From assembly GCA_031292675.1 (NCBI GenBank), contig JARLGQ010000073.1, forward strand, positions 629 to 64,628: a stretch of 64,000 nucleotides of DNA, given 5' to 3'. Positions 1 through 9,620 of the stretch are shown one piece after another (position 1 is the stretch's first letter; every line of letters begins with the position of its first letter). This DNA comes from Acidimicrobiales bacterium. Lineage in GTDB: Bacteria; Actinomycetota; Acidimicrobiia; Acidimicrobiales; UBA8190. The position numbers were made by a program, and so were the translations under genes. The notes under the pieces are model-generated. The model saw only the letters and a list, made by a program, of their open reading frames with translations. It did not search any database and was not told where the DNA came from.

Positions 1-486
1 ATCGACAGCTTGCCCCAGCAGGTCGCCGATGTGGACGGCTGGCTCGAGGCCCTGGCCGTGACCATCCACACCCGTATGGCAGAGGTCTTCGGCACCGCAT
101 TCTGGGACATCTACGCCCCACCGCGGCCCGGGTCGGAGGCCCTCGCCGACGTGGCCGAGCTGTCCCGGGCCTATCGCCTACGCGGGATGCGCTACATGGC
201 CGCCCTGGCCTGGCGCTCCGCCGGGGGGGCCGGGGAGCCCCCCGAGGACTTGACGCTGGCCTTCGCCTTGCACCTGTCGGCCCACACCACCCAGGCGCTC
301 ATGGCCGACTTCGGGTGCTCACCCACGCAGGTCGGGTTGCTGTGCGCCCGCATACTGCAGGGCCTCCTCCACCAAGCGGTGGCAGCCGGCTCCGACGGGC
401 CCGACCAGCACGGAACGCCGGGGCCGGGGGAGACCGAGCCAGGAGGGGCCGCACACTCCTCGCAAGGCCAGATGGGAATTGTCTAA
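1..486 (+). CDS. TetR-family regulator, C-terminal ligand-domain part (5' end lies upstream of the window)
   Basis: The frame is open from base 1 (ORF track 10..486). It aligns over about 130 aa with the C-terminal half of the complete TetR-like protein at 47167..47958 (WLE.L...IH.R....FG.AFWDI.AP...GSEAL..VA.L...YRLRG...LAALAWR.AGG.GEPP.DL.LAFAL.LSA.TTQALM.DF). The HTH would be off-window. Confidence 0.75.
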   Translation: MDSLPQQVADVDGWLEALAVTIHTRMAEVFGTAFWDIYAPPRPGSEALADVAELSRAYRLRGMRYMAALAWRSAGGAGEPPEDLTLAFALHLSAHTTQALMADFGCSPTQVGLLCARILQGLLHQAVAAGSDGPDQHGTPGPGETEPGGAAHSSQGQMGIV

Positions 487-680
487 TCGCGGGCCCGAGG
501 ACGGCCTCGCCTCGGCAGCGGCGCCGTGTCCTTGGGCATGCGCCCGGCGTCCCTCAGAGCCTGACGCAGCAGCATCTCGACATGCGCGTTGACGCTGCGA
601 AACTCATCGTTGGCCCAGCGGATCAGTGCGTCGTGGACCGCCGGATCGACCCGCAGCAAGACCTGCCGGCGCTCGCTCAC
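483..680 (-). CDS. Arc/MetJ-type ribbon-helix-helix DNA-binding protein
   Basis: 65-aa ORF from GTG 680 ([42 protein letters not shown]...), which fits the RHH pattern. The GTG overlaps the TGA of the upstream SPFH gene (GTGA). The ORF-track version (483..731) starts inside the SPFH gene. Confidence 0.7.
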   Translation of the reverse strand: MSERRQVLLRVDPAVHDALIRWANDEFRSVNAHVEMLLRQALRDAGRMPKDTAPLPRRGRPRARD

Positions 681-1582
681 GTATAGAGGGAACCGGTGTT
701 CACGACGGGCGACGGCGGTTGGTCCCCGCACAGCACCACCATCAGGTTGCTCACCATGCTGGCGGTCCGCTCCTCGTCGAGAGAGACGACGCCGCCCTGC
801 GCCAGACGGTTCAGTGCCATCTCCACCATCCCACAGGCGCCTTCGACGATCCGCGATCGAGCCGCCACGACGGCGTTGGCCTGCTGGCGGCGGAGCATCG
901 CCTGCGCGATCTCCGGTGCGTAAGCGAGGTGGGAGATCCGCACCTCTACGATCTCGACCCCGGCGATCGAGACCCGCTCCGCGACCTCGCGGGCCAGCGC
1001 AGCGGCAACCACGTCGGTGGAGCCGCGTAACGACGTCCCGGCATCGGAGGTGTCGTCGTAGGGATGGCTGGTGGCGACGTGGCGGAGCGCCGACTCGGCC
1101 TGCACCGAGACGAAGTCCAAGTAGTTGTCGGCGGCGTAGGTCGACTTGGCGGTGTCGGCGACCTGCCAGACCACGATGGCAGCAATCTCGACTGGGTTGC
1201 CGTCGGCATCGTTCACCTTGAGGTGGTTGGTCTCGAAGTTACGGACCCGGACGCTGACCCGGCGACGCACCGTGAGCGGCAAGACCCACCAGAACCCGGG
1301 ACGACGCACCGTGCCGACATAGCGGCCGAAGAACTGGACCACCGACGTCTGACCGGGTGGCACGATCACCAGCGACGTGATGACCAGGACGGAAACGACC
1401 AGCGGGAGCCAAATCACCGCGTTGTCATGCTGGGCGGCGAACACCATCGCCACGACACCGCCGGCAAGCAGCAGAACCCCCAGCCAGCCGTTGATGGCGA
1501 AGGCAGCACCCTCACTGATTTGGACCCGGGCTCCCTGGTGTCCAACGGGTTCGGCGACGGCCGGTGACATTGGGTCGCTCAT
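677..1582 (-). CDS. SPFH/Band 7 (stomatin/prohibitin-like) membrane protein
   Basis: 301 aa. N-terminal hydrophobic helices are followed by an SPFH core ([15 protein letters not shown]..., [37 protein letters not shown]). GAAGGAG lies 5 nt before ATG 1582. Confidence 0.9.
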   Translation of the reverse strand: MSDPMSPAVAEPVGHQGARVQISEGAAFAINGWLGVLLLAGGVVAMVFAAQHDNAVIWLPLVVSVLVITSLVIVPPGQTSVVQFFGRYVGTVRRPGFWWVLPLTVRRRVSVRVRNFETNHLKVNDADGNPVEIAAIVVWQVADTAKSTYAADNYLDFVSVQAESALRHVATSHPYDDTSDAGTSLRGSTDVVAAALAREVAERVSIAGVEIVEVRISHLAYAPEIAQAMLRRQQANAVVAARSRIVEGACGMVEMALNRLAQGGVVSLDEERTASMVSNLMVVLCGDQPPSPVVNTGSLYT

Positions 1583-1596
1583 GGCGATCTCCTTCT

Positions 1597-1641
1597 AAAA
1601 GTGCTATCTAAATGATATCACTTTTTGCTCCGATGCGTCAA
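1597..1641 (-). promoter_or_regulatory. Putative sigma70-type promoter (TTGACG-N18-TATCAT) overlapped by an AT-rich 12-5-12 palindrome, upstream of the SPFH-RHH operon
   Basis: On the minus strand, TTGACG lies at 1641..1636, followed by an 18-nt spacer and TATCAT at 1617..1612. The palindrome AAAAGTGcTATC-TAAAT-GATATCACTTTT (1597..1625, 11/12 arm matches) covers the -10 and the predicted start site. The local AT-richness is striking in this GC-rich DNA. Confidence 0.5.
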
Positions 1642-1715
1642 CCCCGCGGGTGTCACGCGCCCTGAGGCAACAACAGAGCACCTCGGCGATCGTCCCCTGT
1701 GCCTCGTCCCGCGGT

Positions 1716-3188
1716 TCAGCGCGGCGCCGGTCCGATGGACGCCGCGACCCGGTGCCCCGAGCGCACGGCGCTTTCCATATAGCCCGCAAGGGTCTCGGTG
1801 TGCTCGCCGGCAAACCAGATGGCGCCATGAGCACGGCGCAAGAGCGGCCAGAACCGCGTCATCTGCCCCGGGGCGTACACGGCGTATCCACCTCCCGTGT
1901 AGCGCTCGTCGGTCCAGGCCATCGTGGTGGCGATGGCACTCTTCTCTTGTCTTCCCTCCGGGTAGACGACGTCGAGCTGCCGCTGGAACGAGGCGATGCG
2001 GGTCCGATCACCGAGCGCAGCGCCAGCCTTGGCGGCATTGCCGGTCACGAATTGGGTGAGGACCCCGGGTCGCTCGGGACCTCCCGGCGTGGAGTCGGTG
2101 GCGTCCCAGCCGACACCGAAGGGGAGGTCGGTGATGGTGAACCCCGACAAACCCTCGGACAACCAGAACCGCCGGTCGTACTGGGTCGACACCTTCAATG
2201 CATGGCCCAGATCGAGCTCGTCGATCATCGCCGCGACCTCCGGGGAAAGCGGAGGATCGAACGAGACCGCCCGGAGCGCCGGCGGCGGCACCGCCAGGAC
2301 GAGACGTGCGGCGTCGACCGTGTTGGCGCCCCCCGTCCCCGAGCCGGCCGTTACTCGGACGCCCCACGAATGCTGTTCGATCTTCGTGACCGGCGAGTCG
2401 AGCCTCACGGCCGTCCCCAGGTCGCGGGCCATCGCCTCGGGCAGGGCACTGTTTCCCGCTGCGATCCGCATGGTCTCGACGCCGGCCTCGGGCAATGCCT
2501 CGTCGGCGACCGACTGTTGGAGCACGAAGAGGAGCGACACCTGGTCGAACTGGGCGTTGTAGTTGCCCCGGTAGTCCGACTGCACGAGCAGCTCAGCGCC
2601 GGCGTCGAGCGTCTGAGTGCCAGCAAAGTCCTGAAGCGATTGCCGGTCCCAACGCTCCGCCTGCGAGGCGAGCTCCGGGTGGGCGGGGTCGAGGTTTCCG
2701 GCCATCTCGATCAGCGCGTTGCTGAATTTCGCGTATCCGGCCAACGACCCGGCATCGGCGGCGGCAAAGGCGCTCAAGACGCTCCTTCTTCCGCCCCCGT
2801 ATACCGCGGCGTTCTCGAGCTTGTCCGCGGGCCGGTGGGCCAGGGCGAGACGGTAGTGACGGGCGAGGGCCTGGATCTGGTCGTGGTTGTCGTCGATGGA
2901 CTCACCACCGGCCTCGACGTGCAGCCCGTCGGTGAACGGCTGATACAACGTGTGCACCCGGCCGCCCACGCGATCGCGGGCTTCGAGGACGACCACTTCC
3001 CAGCCCGCCCCTCGAAGCGCCAGGGCGGCGGCAAGCCCGGAAAGCCCGGCGCCCACCACGGCCACACGTCCCGTCGTCGCACGATCTGGGCGTTGTGTGG
3101 TGGAGCAGCCCTCGAGGAGCACCGCGGTGGCAGCGACGCCGGTGGCGCCCAACAACATCCGGCGTGTCAGCGCCAAGGGGGGCGGCAC
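1716..3188 (-). CDS. Flavin-dependent amine oxidase, predicted Tat-exported lipoprotein
   Basis: 490 aa. It has a twin-arginine-like motif plus lipobox (LTRRMLLGATG...LLEGCS), a dinucleotide-binding motif (VAVVGAGLSGLAAAL..VLEARDRVGGR), and a C-terminal FAGEHT motif typical of amine oxidases. Confidence 0.9.
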   Translation of the reverse strand: MPPPLALTRRMLLGATGVAATAVLLEGCSTTQRPDRATTGRVAVVGAGLSGLAAALALRGAGWEVVVLEARDRVGGRVHTLYQPFTDGLHVEAGGESIDDNHDQIQALARHYRLALAHRPADKLENAAVYGGGRRSVLSAFAAADAGSLAGYAKFSNALIEMAGNLDPAHPELASQAERWDRQSLQDFAGTQTLDAGAELLVQSDYRGNYNAQFDQVSLLFVLQQSVADEALPEAGVETMRIAAGNSALPEAMARDLGTAVRLDSPVTKIEQHSWGVRVTAGSGTGGANTVDAARLVLAVPPPALRAVSFDPPLSPEVAAMIDELDLGHALKVSTQYDRRFWLSEGLSGFTITDLPFGVGWDATDSTPGGPERPGVLTQFVTGNAAKAGAALGDRTRIASFQRQLDVVYPEGRQEKSAIATTMAWTDERYTGGGYAVYAPGQMTRFWPLLRRAHGAIWFAGEHTETLAGYMESAVRSGHRVAASIGPAPR

Positions 3189-3257
3189 CGCGTCATGGTA
3201 GCGGTCGACGCGGACTGAAACTCTCCTCGTCGGCCGTACCGCCTATCTCCGCCGGAA

Positions 3258-3596
3258 CTAGTCGTCGGAACGGGGTCGGGTGCCGGTCCCACCCGAGACC
3301 ACGGTCACCGACTTCGAAGTCGGGCGTGGTGCACGAGTCTGCACCGACGAAGACGGATTCGTTGATGCCGTGCTCGTCTTGGCCACGGCGGCGGTCCCTC
3401 CGGAGACGACGGTTGCCGACCTCGATGTCGGGGTCGGCGCGTTCGTCGATGCGGCGCTGGTTCCCTTGGGACCGATGGCGGCCTGGGTGATCGGCACCGT
3501 CCCGGGAACCTGCTCGGCTACGACCAATCCCAACAGGGCGGCCGCTCCCGTGGCGAGGACAGCGATTGACCGTGACACCCACCGCACCTTGGACAT
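3258..3596 (-). CDS. Small Ser/Thr-rich secreted protein with an internal repeat (hypothetical)
   Basis: 112 aa from ATG 3596. It has a signal-peptide-like N-terminus (MSKVRWVSRSIAVLATGAAALLGLVVA) and a duplicated segment (PTSRSATVVSGGTA / PTSKSVTVVSGGTG). There is no clear SD, and GC3 is lower than in neighbouring genes. Confidence 0.45.
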   Translation of the reverse strand: MSKVRWVSRSIAVLATGAAALLGLVVAEQVPGTVPITQAAIGPKGTSAASTNAPTPTSRSATVVSGGTAAVAKTSTASTNPSSSVQTRAPRPTSKSVTVVSGGTGTRPRSDD

Positions 3597-3946
3597 GGCC
3601 AGCCGACGTTGCCGTGCTCGGGGTCCTTCTTGCGGTGCTGGCGGTAGGCCCTCTTCCTCATCCGGTCCCGGTGAGCGTCTCACTTCGCCATGTGACCACG
3701 CGAACCTCAGACTGTGCCGACAGTCACCTGTGAGCGTGCTGAGTGATCTGTCAACTGCCCGGTCAAGTCGGATCCACTTTGGCGACCGCCGAGGACGAGA
3801 ACGAATTCTGATGCGGTTCACAACCTCCCACCGTCTACTCGGCCCAGAACGGCTCACGCCGTGCAGCCCGCAGGGGAGGAGCTCCGACGGGCAGGACGAT
3901 CCCTGGGGCCTCACGCAGAGCGTTCGATCGTTCCTGGGGCCAGAAG

Positions 3947-5416
3947 TTGTCCGGATGTAGGGACCAATGGCCCCTTTTGCTCGTGTCCGAGAATGCCGAT
4001 CAGGAGGAGGTGAACCCCGTCGCGCTCGTCCAGCAGCAGCTCGGAGCCGAACCCTTCCTGGCGGCGCTGGTCAACTCATCAGACGATGCCATCATCGGCA
4101 AGACCCCGGCTGGGTTGGTGGTGTTCTGGAACGCTGCGGCCCAACGCCTCTATGGCTACAACGCCACGGAAATGCTCGGCAACGGGATCGAAGTGCTGCT
4201 TCCGCCCGACCGGTCCGACGAGCTGACCGGGTTGCTGGATCGCGTCCGGCAGGGCGAGACGGTACAGAATCTGCACACCGAGCGGGTACGAAGAGACGGC
4301 ATTCGGATTGCGGTGTCGATCACGGTCTCTCCGGTTCTCGGACCCGACGGGGGCGTGGTCGGCATCGCTACCATCGCCCATGATCTGACCGAGCATGTCC
4401 GCAATCTGGAGGAACGGCGCCGGTCCGACCGGCGTGCCGCCGAGACCCTGAGCTTGCTCGAGACGCTTCAGGCGACTGCTCCCGTCGGCCTCGGGTTCGT
4501 GGACCGGGAGTTTCGGTTCGTTCGTCTCAACCAGATGCTCGCATCGGTCAACGGCTCTTCGGTGGAGGACCAGATCGGTCGGACCGTGGCCGAGGTCGTT
4601 CCGACGATCTGGCCTCAGGTCGAGGCTATCTACCGGCGGGTCTTCGACACCGGCGAGTCCGTTGTCAATGTCGACGTGTCGGGAGAAACTGCGGCTGATC
4701 CCGGTCAGCTCCACCACTGGCTTTCCAACTACTATCCGGTCCGCCTCCAAAGTGAGATCATCGGAATCGGGCTCGTCGTCGTCGACATCACCGAGCGCAA
4801 GCACGCCGACCGGTTGCGCGACGAGCTGACTCGCGGGGCTGTTGACGCCATCGCCGCCACCGCCGAAGCACGTGATCCCTACACCGCTGGACATCAGCGC
4901 CGCGTGGCAGACATCGCCGTGGCCATTGCCACCAACCTCGGGCTCAGTGCCGACGAGGTGGAGGGGATTCGGATCGCAGCCACGATCCACGACGTCGGCA
5001 AGGTCAGTGTCCCCATCGAGATCCTCGTCCGGCCCGGCAAGTTGCGCCCTTCGGACTGGGAAATGATCAAGGGTCATTCGCGGGCCGGGTACGAAATCGT
5101 CGCCGACATCCCATTCACCCAGCCGGTGGCGGACATGGTCCTCCAGCACCACGAACGCTGCGACGGAAGCGGCTACCCCGATGGTCTCCACGGTGAGGAG
5201 ATCCTTCTGGGAGCCCGGATCATCGCCGTCGCCGACACGGTTGAAGCCATGTCGTCACATCGGCCCTATCGTGCCGCCCTGGGCCTCGAAGCCGCTTTCG
5301 ACGAGATCAGACGGGGGCGGGGAACGCTGTTCGACCCTCAGGTCGTCGACGCCTGTCTGCACCACGTCGGGGAGGGTCTTCTCGCTCCGGAGCGGGACTC
5401 ACGGTCGACGGTCTGA
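3947..5416 (+). CDS. PAS-PAS-HD-GYP protein (putative c-di-GMP phosphodiesterase)
   Basis: Two PAS-like segments are followed by HD-GYP catalytic motifs (HDVGK ... HHERCDGSGYPDGL). The start is uncertain: TTG 3947 or GTG 4010, which sits directly after AGGAGGAG. Confidence 0.9.
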   Translation: MSGCRDQWPLLLVSENADQEEVNPVALVQQQLGAEPFLAALVNSSDDAIIGKTPAGLVVFWNAAAQRLYGYNATEMLGNGIEVLLPPDRSDELTGLLDRVRQGETVQNLHTERVRRDGIRIAVSITVSPVLGPDGGVVGIATIAHDLTEHVRNLEERRRSDRRAAETLSLLETLQATAPVGLGFVDREFRFVRLNQMLASVNGSSVEDQIGRTVAEVVPTIWPQVEAIYRRVFDTGESVVNVDVSGETAADPGQLHHWLSNYYPVRLQSEIIGIGLVVVDITERKHADRLRDELTRGAVDAIAATAEARDPYTAGHQRRVADIAVAIATNLGLSADEVEGIRIAATIHDVGKVSVPIEILVRPGKLRPSDWEMIKGHSRAGYEIVADIPFTQPVADMVLQHHERCDGSGYPDGLHGEEILLGARIIAVADTVEAMSSHRPYRAALGLEAAFDEIRRGRGTLFDPQVVDACLHHVGEGLLAPERDSRSTV

Positions 5417-5419
5417 CCC

Positions 5420-6547
5420 ATGAGTGGTGTCCTGACGCCAGGAGCCCGACCCAGAGTCGACCCGAAGAAGGACATCCAGCGAGACTTCTGGCTCAGGCAC
5501 ATGCGGATCGGCTTCGGCGTCTTCTTGATAGAGACGATCCTCGTCCTGGTGTACCTGGGCTTCACTCCCCGTGGCCCTCACCGGGGCGTCCTGTGGATCG
5601 TGGTGGGGATATGGTTCGCATTCGGGCTCGGGAACCTGTTGCTTGCGCCGAACCTATCTTCAAAGCATTGGCGGTCCCTCTTCTCGGCGACCTGGACCAT
5701 TCTGGCCGCCTTGGCCGTCGGAGGGGTTGCCTCCCTCGACACAGGTGTTGACAGCCCTGTCCTCTTGCTGCTCTTCCTTCCCGTCGCCTACTCGGCTTTG
5801 GCGTTCACCCCTTTGGTCGCGGGTCTGTGCGGTCTTTCCACCCTTGGTTCCGCCGGTTTCGTCGTATTGACCGACTCGGACATCAACTACTCGCAAGAGG
5901 GAGTCGTGGTCCTGTTCGGCGTGTTGGCCGGCGCCTCTGTGCTCTCCGTGGCGGCGTCGGTCAACCGGACCAACCGGGAGCGGCACGAACAGCGGCTTGC
6001 GGAAGAGGTCAGCCGGTTGGCAGCAACCGATGGGTTGACCGGATGCGCGGTCCATCGGGTGTTCCATGAGCGCTTGGAAGAGGAGATCGCCCGCTCTGTG
6101 CGGCATGGCCATCGCCTCAGCCTCCTGTTGATCGACGTGGACCGCTTCAAGGCAGTGAACGACACCTACGGGCACGTCGTCGGAGACCACGTCCTGGCCG
6201 GCATCGGTGCCACGCTCCGCGCCCATGCCCGGAGCTTCGACCTGGTGGGCCGGCTGGGAGGGGACGAATTCGGGGTCCTCATGCCTGACACCGAGCCGGC
6301 TGAGGCGGTCGCCTTTGTGGAGCGCATGCGTAAGGACGTCGCCGTGTCTTTAGAGGTGCCGGTGACGCTGAGCGTGGGAGTGAGCGGCCTCGACCTCTCC
6401 ACTCCCACGACTGAACACCTGCTCGATGACGCCGACTTCGCCCTCTACCAGGTCAAAGGGGCGGGGCGGGACGGCGTGGCGATCCGTGGACCGGGGGCTC
6501 CGATCCCGAAGGATCATCCTGAGGCGGAGTGGACGCCAGCTTCGTAG
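5420..6547 (+). CDS. Membrane-anchored diguanylate cyclase (GGDEF domain)
   Basis: 375 aa. About 5 hydrophobic helices are followed by a GGDEF domain (DVDRFKAVNDTYGHVVGD ... GRLGGDEFGVLM). The ATG is 3 nt after the stop of the HD-GYP gene. Confidence 0.9.
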   Translation: MSGVLTPGARPRVDPKKDIQRDFWLRHMRIGFGVFLIETILVLVYLGFTPRGPHRGVLWIVVGIWFAFGLGNLLLAPNLSSKHWRSLFSATWTILAALAVGGVASLDTGVDSPVLLLLFLPVAYSALAFTPLVAGLCGLSTLGSAGFVVLTDSDINYSQEGVVVLFGVLAGASVLSVAASVNRTNRERHEQRLAEEVSRLAATDGLTGCAVHRVFHERLEEEIARSVRHGHRLSLLLIDVDRFKAVNDTYGHVVGDHVLAGIGATLRAHARSFDLVGRLGGDEFGVLMPDTEPAEAVAFVERMRKDVAVSLEVPVTLSVGVSGLDLSTPTTEHLLDDADFALYQVKGAGRDGVAIRGPGAPIPKDHPEAEWTPAS

Positions 6548-6585
6548 CTCGAACCGATCACGCGCATCGTTGCGGGTCGAACGCG

Positions 6586-7086
6586 TCAACCGACGACCGT
6601 CCCGTACATGTCGTTCAGTGGGTACGAGAGCAATTCGAGCCGCTCTCCGTCGGGCCCCGCAAAGTACACCGAAGTGCCGTCCACGATGAAGGTCTCGATC
6701 CCGGTCGCTTCCAACTTGGCCACGAGCCGTTCCCACTGCTCGGGAGTGACGGAGATGGCGATGTGATGGAGGCCTCCCAGCACCTCGCGGTACTCCCCGA
6801 GGTCGAGACCGGGGAAGTCGAAATAGGCAAGATAGTTGCCTTGGCCGACATCGAAGAAGAAGTGGGTGGATCCGCGGTAGTCCCGGTTCTCGAATAGCTC
6901 GACTAGGGGGAACTCGAGGAGGTCCTGGTAGAACACGATGGTCCGTTCGACATCACTGCAGAGCAGGGCGAAGTGATGCAGACCCCTGGCCGATGAGGCC
7001 GGTCGATCGCCCAAGGGCCGGAGGTGGCGGTCCTTGAGGGCCGCCCATTCCGCGCTTCGGTCGATGTCGCTCCCGTGCTTGGTCAT
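6586..7086 (-). CDS. VOC (glyoxalase/dioxygenase-fold) family protein
   Basis: 166 aa. It shows paired beta-alpha-beta-beta-beta module motifs (GLHHFALLCSDVERTIVFY ..., GGLHHIAISV ..., YFAGPDGERLEL). Confidence 0.85.
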   Translation of the reverse strand: MTKHGSDIDRSAEWAALKDRHLRPLGDRPASSARGLHHFALLCSDVERTIVFYQDLLEFPLVELFENRDYRGSTHFFFDVGQGNYLAYFDFPGLDLGEYREVLGGLHHIAISVTPEQWERLVAKLEATGIETFIVDGTSVYFAGPDGERLELLSYPLNDMYGTVVG

Positions 7087-7232
7087 TGCCTGATCTCCAT
7101 TCTGTGCAATGTACTCACCAGCCCAGGGACAACGTCGGGCGGATGAACCAGAGTGGGGTGGTCCCTTGCTATGGCCGGGATCGGGCTGCCGTGCAGCACC
7201 AACATCACCGAAGCGACCGGTTGGGCCGCCGA

Positions 7233-8273
7233 TCAGCGCTCATTGGGTCGGCGCTCGTGGAGGGAGTCAAGAGCCGCAAGCGCGGCGCCGCGGGCACCCG
7301 CCATGTCGAGATCCGGGATGAGGGCAAACGTGGCCACATCAAGCTGCTCGTCTCGAAGCGATGTGTACTCGCGGACCCGTTCCACGAACCAATCGCGGAA
7401 CTTCGGGGAGGACTCGACGACACCCCCTCCGACGAAGTACGCGCTCGGATCGAGAAAGTTACTCGCGATTGTGAAGAGCCGCCCGAGTGCCATCGCCTGC
7501 TGATCGAAGATCTTGAGCGCCATGGGGTCTTCGGCGTCCCCGAAAGCGCGGACCAGCTTGGCGGCCTCGCTGATCGACCCCGCTTTCGCGAGTTCGTGGT
7601 CTGGGAAGCGCGTCAGCCAGTAGGGCAACAAGTTCTTCTCGATGCCGGTCAGGGAAGCGACGCTTTCGGCATCGGCGACGAAGCCGCACTTGCATTCCGG
7701 CTCGGGCTGTCCCTCGGCGAGCAGCCCCTGCATGGGTATGTGGACGTGACCGAGCTCGCCCGCCATCCCGGCAGCTCCCCGGATCACGCGCCCGGCCTCT
7801 ATCACTCCACCCCCAAGGCCGGTACCGACGATCGCCGAGACCGACGAGTGCAGCGACGCTTCGGGCCCGAAGTGCTCATGATGGGCCCAGAGCGCAGCGG
7901 CGTTGCCGTCGTTGTTGTAGGTGACGGGAACACCGAGCCGGAGCTCGAGCACGCCCCGAAAGTCGAAGCCGTGCCACGCCGGGTGCGAGAAGTTCGTCGA
8001 GCCCCTTGAGGAGATCACGCCATCCGCGCTGGCCGGGCCCGGCGTCCCGAGGCCGACGGCACGCACCGACTCCCTCGCCATTCCTGAAAGTCGGAGCACG
8101 TGGTCGACGGCCTCGACGAGAGCTCCGACCGCCACGTCCGGCCCTTCTCGGACGCGGCTGGGAGTCTCGACCAGCTTGTCCACCAAGAAGTGTCCCGAGC
8201 CGTCGAGCAAGGTCGCGCTGTTGGACGTGCCACCGTTGTCGAGGCCAACGACGACCCATGAGCGCGAGGCCAT
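7233..8273 (-). CDS. ROK-family sugar kinase/regulator-like protein
   Basis: 346 aa. It has an N-terminal ATP-binding motif (VVGLDNGGTSN), the ROK signature region (GTGLGGGVI..G....GAAGMAGELGH) and a Cys motif (ECKCG). Confidence 0.88.
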   Translation of the reverse strand: MASRSWVVVGLDNGGTSNSATLLDGSGHFLVDKLVETPSRVREGPDVAVGALVEAVDHVLRLSGMARESVRAVGLGTPGPASADGVISSRGSTNFSHPAWHGFDFRGVLELRLGVPVTYNNDGNAAALWAHHEHFGPEASLHSSVSAIVGTGLGGGVIEAGRVIRGAAGMAGELGHVHIPMQGLLAEGQPEPECKCGFVADAESVASLTGIEKNLLPYWLTRFPDHELAKAGSISEAAKLVRAFGDAEDPMALKIFDQQAMALGRLFTIASNFLDPSAYFVGGGVVESSPKFRDWFVERVREYTSLRDEQLDVATFALIPDLDMAGARGAALAALDSLHERRPNER

Positions 8274-8451
8274 GGGGCGATCATGCCACTGCGGTCACAA
8301 CCACGCGCCGCGGGATGCGGGGCGCTCAGCGGGAGGCCAGCCCTCCGGATCAGGAGGCGATCGGGAGTACCCGCTCTGCTGCGGGCAGCGGATCGTGCCA
8401 GTCGGCTGATAGCGCTGGCGACTGCGATTCGACCCGAAGGTCCAAGGCTGG

Positions 8452-9495
8452 TCAGGCCCTGGTCAGGACGACTTTCAGCGCTCCGGTCTCCGCGGCTCGC
8501 CCGAACACGTCATATGCCTCGAGGAAGGCGCCGAAGTCGAAGTGATGGGTGATGAACTGCCCGGCATCGACCTGGTGGCTCACGATGAGCTTCAGCAGGG
8601 TGGGTGTCGAGTAGGTGTCGACCAGGCCGGTGGTGATCGTCACGTCTCGGATCCAGAGGTCTTCGAGGTGCAACGTGGCCGCCTCGCCGTGCACGCCAAC
8701 GTTGGCAACCCGGCCGCCGGGCCGAATGAGCCGGGCCGCCAGCTCAAAGGTGGCGGGTACGCCGACTGCTTCGATGGCAACGTCGGCACCGAGACCGTCG
8801 GTCAACTCGGCGACGACCTCGGCGGGATCCTGCACACCGTTGTTCACGATCACGTCGGCGCCGAACTGCTTGGCCGCCTCGAGCCGGGTGTCGGCCTTGT
8901 CGATTGCGATCACATGGGAGGGGCTGTAGAGCCTCGCGCCCATGATCGCGGAGAGGCCGATCGGTCCCGCTCCCACGACGGCGATCACGTCACCGGGTGC
9001 CACCTTGCCGTTGAGCACGCCCACCTCGTACCCGGTGGGCAGGATGTCGGCCAGCATCAACAACTCTTCGTCGGCGATCCCCACCGGTGCCGGGTACGTC
9101 GAATTGTCGGCGAACGGAACCCGGACGTAGTCAGCCTGGGTCCCGTCGATCTTGTGGCCCAGAATCCATCCTCCGCCACCGAGACATTGCCCGTAGCGAC
9201 TCTCGCGACAGAATCGGCACGACCCGCAGGCCGTGATGCACGACACCAGCACCCTGTCGCCCACGTGGACGTTCTTCACGCCCGAGCCGACCTCTTCCAC
9301 GGTGCCCACCGCTTCGTGGCCGAGGATGCGCCCGTCGGTCACAGCGGGCACGTCGCCCTTGAGGATATGCAGGTCCGTTCCGCAGATCGTGACGGCGTCA
9401 ACCCGAACGATCGCGTCGGTGTCCGCCAACAGTGTCGGCTTGGGGACTTCCTCCCACGCCTTGTTCCCCGGGCCGTGATACACCAGCGCGCGCAT
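8452..9495 (-). CDS. Zn-dependent alcohol dehydrogenase (MDR family)
   Basis: 347 aa. It has catalytic and structural Zn motifs (ICGTDLH, GHEAVG, CGSCRFC) and a Rossmann motif (VVGAGPIG). GAGGGGAG lies before ATG 9495. Confidence 0.9.
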   Translation of the reverse strand: MRALVYHGPGNKAWEEVPKPTLLADTDAIVRVDAVTICGTDLHILKGDVPAVTDGRILGHEAVGTVEEVGSGVKNVHVGDRVLVSCITACGSCRFCRESRYGQCLGGGGWILGHKIDGTQADYVRVPFADNSTYPAPVGIADEELLMLADILPTGYEVGVLNGKVAPGDVIAVVGAGPIGLSAIMGARLYSPSHVIAIDKADTRLEAAKQFGADVIVNNGVQDPAEVVAELTDGLGADVAIEAVGVPATFELAARLIRPGGRVANVGVHGEAATLHLEDLWIRDVTITTGLVDTYSTPTLLKLIVSHQVDAGQFITHHFDFGAFLEAYDVFGRAAETGALKVVLTRA

Positions 9496-9620
9496 AGAAC
9501 TCCCCTCAGCTTGTCATCTCGTCGGCCCCAATGAAGGTACGCCGAGCCGGCAGGACGGGACAGAGGAGAAGGTCACTTTGCGACGAAGAGCCGCGCCGAC
9601 GGCCCTGGGTCAGTGTGGGG

